This document shows positions 26,399-32,000 of a stretch of 32,000 nt of DNA, piece by piece. Source of the stretch: Promethearchaeota archaeon (GTDB taxonomy: Archaea > Asgardarchaeota > Lokiarchaeia > Sigyniarchaeales > Promethearchaeaceae); the NCBI GenBank assembly GCA_016933055.1, contig JAFGBS010000034.1, positions 144,727 to 176,726 on the forward strand, written 5' to 3'. The notes beneath the pieces were generated by a model. That model was not told where the DNA came from and made no database searches. It worked only from the letters and a program-made list of their open reading frames with translations. The stretch's first letter is position 1, and every line of letters begins with the position of its first letter. Made by a program: the position numbers and the translations under genes.

Positions 26399-28246
26399 TT
26401 AATCTAAGAAAGTTTCAAATAAAGGCGTATTATCGACAAATGGGGGAGTGCCTGCTGCTTGATCGGGTCTTAACAAGCCAATACTGTAAGGATCCTTTCC
26501 ATACACGTAATCATAGAGTTGAGTGATGTAGATCACAGGAATTTGAAAGGGTTCTTCGATCTGGTCTTTAAATATGTTGTTCACCTCTATTTGACCCAGA
26601 TCATACTGTAAATGACAGAAAGGACAGCAAGTAATAATTGCTTGGCTTCCAACGTTGCGTACATTTACCAGTTTTTCTCGTGTAAAATCCAGCGAAACCT
26701 CTTTCGCTGCTGTTCGAACTGCTCCACCAGCCCCGCAACACATATTTTTATCTTGATACGGAATGCTGTGTAATCCAATTAGATCTACAAGTTCATCAAA
26801 GAATCGTGGTTCTTCCGAAACATTATCACCCCACGGTTTAGTATCGGAAGGTTTCAATATATGGCACCCATAATGCACTGCTACGGGGATATTCTTCCAT
26901 TTCCTCCTTAAATGCTCTCGTAGCTTATCTTTCCCGATATCATAATACATTATTTCAATAATGTGTTTTACCTTTATGCTACCCTTGTATTCCATTCCGA
27001 TCTTTTTTAAATGCTCATTAACCATTTCTTTCTTCTTCGGTTGGTATTTCAACTTGTGATCGGCTTCTAGTAGTGTTCCATAGCATCCGTTACATAAAGT
27101 AATAATATCTGCCTGATTTTCCTCTGCGATGGCAATATTTCGTGCAGCTATAGTGAGCCATGTCGGGATGTCAAAAGAGCGGAATACACCTGGCGCGGGA
27201 CAGCAACTGGCACCATCCATTTCCTTGAGCTTTACGCCCAATTCATCCATAAATAAACGTGTAGCAGCCTCAATAACCGGATATCTATTGGGAATCACGC
27301 ATCCAAGATAAAGAGAGTATTCTAATTGCTCTTTATCTCCTAAATTCATTTTTGTATCCGTATGCTGCAAATTTTTATGGTTTTTAGGTGGAGATACCTT
27401 TTCGATGAAAATTGCTTTCATGTGTTCCCACCATGGCCATATACCAGGTTCCAATTCATTTGCTTTCTGATATGCGACCAAAGCGTTCTCATATTTTTTT
27501 GCTTTCTCTAACATTAGACCGTAGTTAACCCATGCATGGGGATTATCCTTTACATCAGTTTCCATAGTTTTTTTAAAAAATTCTTCTGCTTGATCAAATT
27601 TTTTTAAATCTGAATAGGCTAGGGCGATATTATGTAAAGCGGCAGGATATTTGCTAGAATCTTTAGGAATTGATTCAAGAATAGGGATGGCTTTAATGAA
27701 TAACTTCCTCTTTAATTCAATTAATCCCTTATAGAAATTTGTTATAGGAAGATATTTATTATCATCACCTATGATTTCAAGAATTTTTGTCGTTAATTCT
27801 TCTGCCCGTTCGAGTTGATTAGCACGGACTAAACATTGTAAAACAGAAATGAGAGCTTCAGGATTTTCGGGTGCTGAATCCATCGCAACAATGCAAGCTT
27901 TAACTAAATCATCTAATTCATTAAAATGCTCAAATACTTTGCTGATACCCATCCATCCCAGATAATTCTTTGGTTCGAGTTCCGTTGCTCTCTCAAACAT
28001 GCGAAATGCTTCTTGAAAATCCCCTCGTTCAATAAAAATTTCCCCCAATTTTAAGTAGGGTCCAATTTTTTTGGGGAATCTTTTATTAGCTTTGTTATAC
28101 CAGGAGAATGCTTCAATGAAATTTTCCAGACGGTGATAATACTCTGCGATTTCCATATGTGCTTCATAGTTTTGAGGATCTTTATCCACGAGGAATTCTA
28201 ATCGCTTTAGTTCCCCTTTTATAGTAGATTCAGATGCATTAGCCAT
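26399..28246 (-). CDS. TPR-repeat / HdrB-like fusion protein
   Basis: Residues 1 to about 290 are TPR-like helical repeats (A...Y.KA....P......LG). From about residue 300 there is a complete HdrB-like domain (YLGCVIPNRYP, SCCPAPG, CNGC, HYGCH, CCGAGG, CPFCHLQYD). Confidence 0.88.
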   Translation of the reverse strand: MANASESTIKGELKRLEFLVDKDPQNYEAHMEIAEYYHRLENFIEAFSWYNKANKRFPKKIGPYLKLGEIFIERGDFQEAFRMFERATELEPKNYLGWMGISKVFEHFNELDDLVKACIVAMDSAPENPEALISVLQCLVRANQLERAEELTTKILEIIGDDNKYLPITNFYKGLIELKRKLFIKAIPILESIPKDSSKYPAALHNIALAYSDLKKFDQAEEFFKKTMETDVKDNPHAWVNYGLMLEKAKKYENALVAYQKANELEPGIWPWWEHMKAIFIEKVSPPKNHKNLQHTDTKMNLGDKEQLEYSLYLGCVIPNRYPVIEAATRLFMDELGVKLKEMDGASCCPAPGVFRSFDIPTWLTIAARNIAIAEENQADIITLCNGCYGTLLEADHKLKYQPKKKEMVNEHLKKIGMEYKGSIKVKHIIEIMYYDIGKDKLREHLRRKWKNIPVAVHYGCHILKPSDTKPWGDNVSEEPRFFDELVDLIGLHSIPYQDKNMCCGAGGAVRTAAKEVSLDFTREKLVNVRNVGSQAIITCCPFCHLQYDLGQIEVNNIFKDQIEEPFQIPVIYITQLYDYVYGKDPYSIGLLRPDQAAGTPPFVDNTPLFETFLD

Positions 28247-28627
28247 ATTATTTGTTCAACTAGTTAAATTATAATCAGAATTATAATGGAATGAATTTAA
28301 AATATCCACTAACAAGATTTTGAAAATTTTGAAAAAAAATGAATCTGTTTCATAATTTATGAGATTGAAACTAGGTAAATAGACGTAAGATTTTTTTTTT
28401 ATATAAATTCTCCCTAGAAATCATTCTAATTACTAAAACTTGCTGTGTAGGATATGGTAAATTATGTCTACATTTTCTTAAAAAAAATCAACACTATAAA
28501 GTCTAGGTTTTGTGTAAAAAAAAATAGTAATATATGGATTAGTTTTAAGTCATTCTACGAATTCAAAGTTATGTAGATTTATTTATCGAAATTCTTGATT
28601 AGCAAATATAAAAAGGGAAAATAAAAT

Positions 28628-29914
28628 TTAGATCATTTTAAAGAATTGTCGGAAAGACATGGACATAACATACTGTTGAATCTGACGAGTTCCACCTATA
28701 ATTTCTTGGATCCGGCTGATTCCGAGCAAATCTTGCATTAAAGTGTTATCGCAAACACCCGCCCCCCCCATGACATTCGCAACCTCATAACTTATTCGTT
28801 CCGCTAAAATAGCTCCACGGTATTTCAATGCATGAGCAATGGGAATGAAACTGGTTTCAAGAGGTCTGGGCAATGTTCCGCCGTATTTTTCAACTGCTGC
28901 ATCGTATTTCTCACAAAATCGTAAGCATGCCATTGTGAAATTCATGGCTTTCGACCATGCCTCTGTGAGTAAGAAACCTACTCCTTGATGTTTAAGAATG
29001 ATCTGACCCATTTGCTCCCTCATATTAACATATATGAGACCATGGGTTAGAGCCGTCCAGATTTCTGCAACATCTAAGATTGCGATGCCCATTCGTTCTA
29101 AATTCAATCCTTCAAACATATGGGCTTTACCAGCACCAACCGGTCCTAACACATTTTCTTTGGGACATAGAGCATTCTCCATAAGTTCTTGTCCTAAGAA
29201 TAATTTCGGTACCCAAGGAATACCTACACGTTTGATGGTTATACCCTCAGTAGGAAATTGAAAATAACCTTGCATTACGGTTTTTGAGTTTCCTGGCTCT
29301 GTAGCAGCATAAAATACTCCATATTTGGATTTTGGTCCGTTTGTACTATAAATTTTCTCACCTGTAATTAAAAAAGATCCATCCTCTTGGGGATCGGCAC
29401 GAGTAAGTGGACGAACCGCGTCGGAACCAACCTCAGGCTCAGTGATCATAATGCACCCTATAGCTTGACCCGTAATCAATTCCTTTAATGCTTCCAACCG
29501 ATGAGGTTGATTTTCATGATGCTCTGCAAGGGGATTGACACACAAAACAGTAGCTCCTGCGCCCATATTAAATTGGGGATTGAATTGGTCCAGAGCGAGT
29601 GCCCTAATCAAATCTGCTGTTAATCCAGTGTACCCATCTGGACCGTTCCAGTCTAGATCGAACTCAGAAAACGCTCGTGAACGAGTGATATATCCCTGCT
29701 CTCCAAAGTCCGGAATCCAGTCGTAAACATCGGCTGTGGTATGATCTACCTTCTTATCATATTTTCTACAGAATCTCTCAACTTTATTTAAGAAATCCTT
29801 CTGTTTGTCGTCCAAAATACCCATAAACTGTGCGTTTAAGATCTCATATCGTTTTTTGAGATCCAACATTTTCAAAATTTCTTCATTAATACATCTAACG
29901 TCATATGATTTCAT
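28628..29914 (-). CDS. Acyl-CoA dehydrogenase family protein
   Basis: Motifs ITEPEVGSDA, ITGEKIYSTNG, G..G.G, LN.ER, REQ.GQ.I...QGV, GGAG and IIGGT.QIQ. Confidence 0.92.
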   Translation of the reverse strand: MKSYDVRCINEEILKMLDLKKRYEILNAQFMGILDDKQKDFLNKVERFCRKYDKKVDHTTADVYDWIPDFGEQGYITRSRAFSEFDLDWNGPDGYTGLTADLIRALALDQFNPQFNMGAGATVLCVNPLAEHHENQPHRLEALKELITGQAIGCIMITEPEVGSDAVRPLTRADPQEDGSFLITGEKIYSTNGPKSKYGVFYAATEPGNSKTVMQGYFQFPTEGITIKRVGIPWVPKLFLGQELMENALCPKENVLGPVGAGKAHMFEGLNLERMGIAILDVAEIWTALTHGLIYVNMREQMGQIILKHQGVGFLLTEAWSKAMNFTMACLRFCEKYDAAVEKYGGTLPRPLETSFIPIAHALKYRGAILAERISYEVANVMGGAGVCDNTLMQDLLGISRIQEIIGGTRQIQQYVMSMSFRQFFKMI

Positions 29915-30053
29915 GTTTCATTAACATCTCAAACAGTGATGTTATTGGATTGGTAGCCTATCAATTTAAATCTATAAGCACATTAATATCGAGAAAAGTG
30001 AAAAGGTCCAAAGTTGTCAAATCATTACGTTGTGAAGTGTCCTCATAATAATG

Positions 30054-30101
30054 ATCTATAGATGACTTTTTAATATATAGAAATGATTTTGACCTATAGA
30101 T
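30054..30101. promoter_or_regulatory. Array of three TATAGA boxes with 19-bp periodicity upstream of the PhoU-like gene
   Basis: TATAGA occurs at 30057, 30076 and 30095, and the first copy sits in the palindrome ATCTATAGAT (30054-30063). Function is inferred. Confidence 0.45.
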
Positions 30102-30154
30102 CTACTCTATATTTTCACATTAAAATATGGTCAGTTTATGTAAGGTTAATAAAG

Positions 30155-31201
30155 ATGGAAATACGAAGAATTCAAAAAACTGGGGGGGGTTCTTATGTAA
30201 TAACTCTTCCTAAAGAGTGGGTAACTAGTCTTGGTATCAAGGAAAAAGATCAAATATCAATTATTACCCAACCTGACTCTACCCTCATTTTAAGTGCAAA
30301 TGCAACATCTACAAAACAAGAAAAACGCGAAAAGATTTTCAATATCGATGAAATAGGTGATGAAGGAAATGGTCGTAAAACCGTGTTGTATCGTATGCTT
30401 ATCGGTGCATATATTATGGGCTTCGAAAATTATCGAATTTACAGCTCGGGTAAAATTTCATCGACAACAATAAAAACTGTTACTGATTTTGTGAATACAG
30501 CATTAGGACCTGTGATCGATGAACAAACGAAAAATACAATTATTCTTAAAGATATTCTTAATCCCACGGAAATGCCATTCGAAAACAATATCCGCCGAAT
30601 GCATGTGATAATCAAAACTATGCACGATGATCTTATGGATGCATTTCAATCTCAAAACGCAGATACCATTCATGAGGTGATAGCTCGTGATAAACAAATT
30701 AATCAACGTAACTGGTTAGTTGCACGCGAAACCAATATGATTTTACGAGATGTGATTATTGCTAAGAAGATGAATGTAACTTTAGAGGATGCCCATCATT
30801 ATTTTATGATTAGCAAACAGCTGGAACGTATAGGGGATCATGCGCGTTTGATTGGAAAGCAAATGCTGAATATTTTAAAAATGGATTTACCAGCTGAGTT
30901 GTATACTAAAATGAAAATTGCTAGTAAAGAATCAATGCATATCTTATCCGATTGTTTGAGAGCATGGGAAAGTAAAACCCGAAAAACCGCTCCCAGTCAA
31001 TCCATTAAGTTAGCTAATGAATCCATAGAAAGAAATCAGGTATTGAAACAACTGTGTGAAGAGATTACAAAAATCCATATTCAAGATGCCGAACTCTATG
31101 TTTCTTTAAACTATATTGCTGAAAGTTTACGTAGAACTGGTGATTATTCAGTAAACATCGCAGAAATCGTGATTGATAACCTTATCAAAGAAGTAGGATA
31201 G
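30155..31201 (+). CDS. phoU: Archaeal phosphate uptake regulator: AbrB/SpoVT N-terminal domain plus PhoU domains
   Basis: Starts MEIRRIQKTGGGSYVITLPKEW (AbrB-type) and has PhoU repeats with LERIGDHA and LRRTGDYSVNIAE. I moved the start from 30083 to the ATG at 30155. It lies upstream of pstS. Confidence 0.9.
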   Translation: MEIRRIQKTGGGSYVITLPKEWVTSLGIKEKDQISIITQPDSTLILSANATSTKQEKREKIFNIDEIGDEGNGRKTVLYRMLIGAYIMGFENYRIYSSGKISSTTIKTVTDFVNTALGPVIDEQTKNTIILKDILNPTEMPFENNIRRMHVIIKTMHDDLMDAFQSQNADTIHEVIARDKQINQRNWLVARETNMILRDVIIAKKMNVTLEDAHHYFMISKQLERIGDHARLIGKQMLNILKMDLPAELYTKMKIASKESMHILSDCLRAWESKTRKTAPSQSIKLANESIERNQVLKQLCEEITKIHIQDAELYVSLNYIAESLRRTGDYSVNIAEIVIDNLIKEVG

Positions 31202-31364
31202 GGTTTTAATCTTTTTTACGAATAAATATGAAGTTTAATTAATTTCACATCGATCTAATGCTAAGTAGGATTAGAAAATTGTTTTTGTCGGATTAATCAC
31301 CTAAAAACGGTATTTTATCTTTTTTAAGTTGGAATTATACTAATTATGTCGAATTATCATAGTT

Positions 31365-31391
31365 TCTATAGATCTCAGTGGGAAACATAGA
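31365..31391. promoter_or_regulatory. Two YATAGA boxes 19 bp apart upstream of pstS
   Basis: TCTATAGAT at 31365-31373 and CATAGA at 31386-31391, with the same motif and spacing as upstream of phoU. Confidence 0.4.
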
Positions 31392-31513
31392 ATCGGTGGA
31401 GTATCTTTATATTTTGAACTTCAAAATTTTCAAGTGATTCAAGTTTTCAGAATCAAAAATCTGAAACACGAATTTCAAATTAGAAACTAAAAATTTAAAA
31501 CGTGAAAAAAAAT

Positions 31514-32000
31514 ATGAAAAGATCTACATCATGGATAATTGGTGGATTTTTGATTGTTATTGTTGGCGGTGTAGTAATTACGGGCTATTTCACTAACTGG
31601 TTTGGATTAGTCCCTGAAAAACCCGAATATCAAACCTTATCTCTTAGAGGTTCGACTACTGTTACACCTATTGCTCTAGGAGCTGCTACTGCCTATATGA
31701 CAGCAAATCCACTCGTTGATGTTCAAGTGACTGGTGGAGGTTCCAGTGCTGGTGTCTCTGGGGCAGCTGATGGTGTTGTCGATATTGGTATGGCTTCAAG
31801 AGGTGTGAAAAATACTGAGTTTACTGCACATCCAGATTTGATCGAATGGCCTATATGCGCTGACGGTATTGCCGTAATTGTTCACCCAAATAATCCTATA
31901 GATCAATTAAACGCATCAACCATAAAGGGAATCTTTAATGGTACGATTACTAATTGGAGTAATTCATCCGCTTTCGGTGGGTCCGCTTGGGTGGATGCAA
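31514..32000 (+). CDS. pstS: Phosphate ABC transporter substrate-binding protein, N-terminal part (runs off the window)
   Basis: Not in the ORF track. My translation is MKRSTSWIIGGFLIVIVGGVVITGYF...LSLRGSTTVTPI...VQVTGGGSSAGV...VDIGMASR...ADGIAVIVHPNNPIDQL. It has an N-terminal membrane anchor and the PstS GSTT, GGGSS.G and DIG.ASR motifs. Confidence 0.93.
   Translation, partial: MKRSTSWIIGGFLIVIVGGVVITGYFTNWFGLVPEKPEYQTLSLRGSTTVTPIALGAATAYMTANPLVDVQVTGGGSSAGVSGAADGVVDIGMASRGVKNTEFTAHPDLIEWPICADGIAVIVHPNNPIDQLNASTIKGIFNGTITNWSNSSAFGGSAWVDA

Noticed and set aside
30083-30154. N-terminal extensions given by the ORF track for phoU (also flavodoxin 11536-11616, activator 2312-2368 and MinD 17131-17265)
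   Set aside because: Family N-terminal motifs begin at downstream ATGs, two of them with clear SD sequences, and the extensions overlap promoter DNA or upstream genes.

Overview
AT-rich window from an anaerobic archaeon, most likely Asgard/Lokiarchaeia. This is an inference from the eukaryote-like SECIS, the split Sec-containing [NiFe]-hydrogenase and the AbrB-PhoU regulator. I saw no rRNA, tRNA, CRISPR array or intact transposase. Left to right it carries: (1) a four-gene 2-hydroxyacyl-CoA dehydratase/benzoyl-CoA reductase-type module; (2) an SDR gene divergent from an SCP2-like protein and a class III aminotransferase; (3) a membrane-protein gene interrupted by an in-frame TAG; (4) a minus-strand operon SCP2 / FAD oxidoreductase / CCG Fe-S protein / CdhC-like / CooC; (5) flavodoxin, DUF1295, a structured intergenic element and an LVIVD surface protein; (6) the radical SAM / NifX / 2x MinD-ferredoxin / DUF134 cluster; (7) OsmC and an alkyl-sulfatase-like enzyme; (8) a hydrogenase-heterodisulfide reductase locus (TPR-HdrB fusion, long VhuG, HdrC, HdrB, VhuA, VhuU); (9) acyl-CoA dehydrogenase, PhoU and a partial PstS. 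The strongest find is absent from the ORF track. It is a 49-codon selenoprotein gene (vhuU, minus strand 21790-21939, in-frame UGA in RCYDP-U-LSCAAH) that supplies the Ni-binding C-terminal motif missing from the upstream large subunit. It is followed by a eukaryote-type SECIS whose AUGA core is the gene's own UGA stop codon, and whose apical loop contains an in-frame backup UAA.
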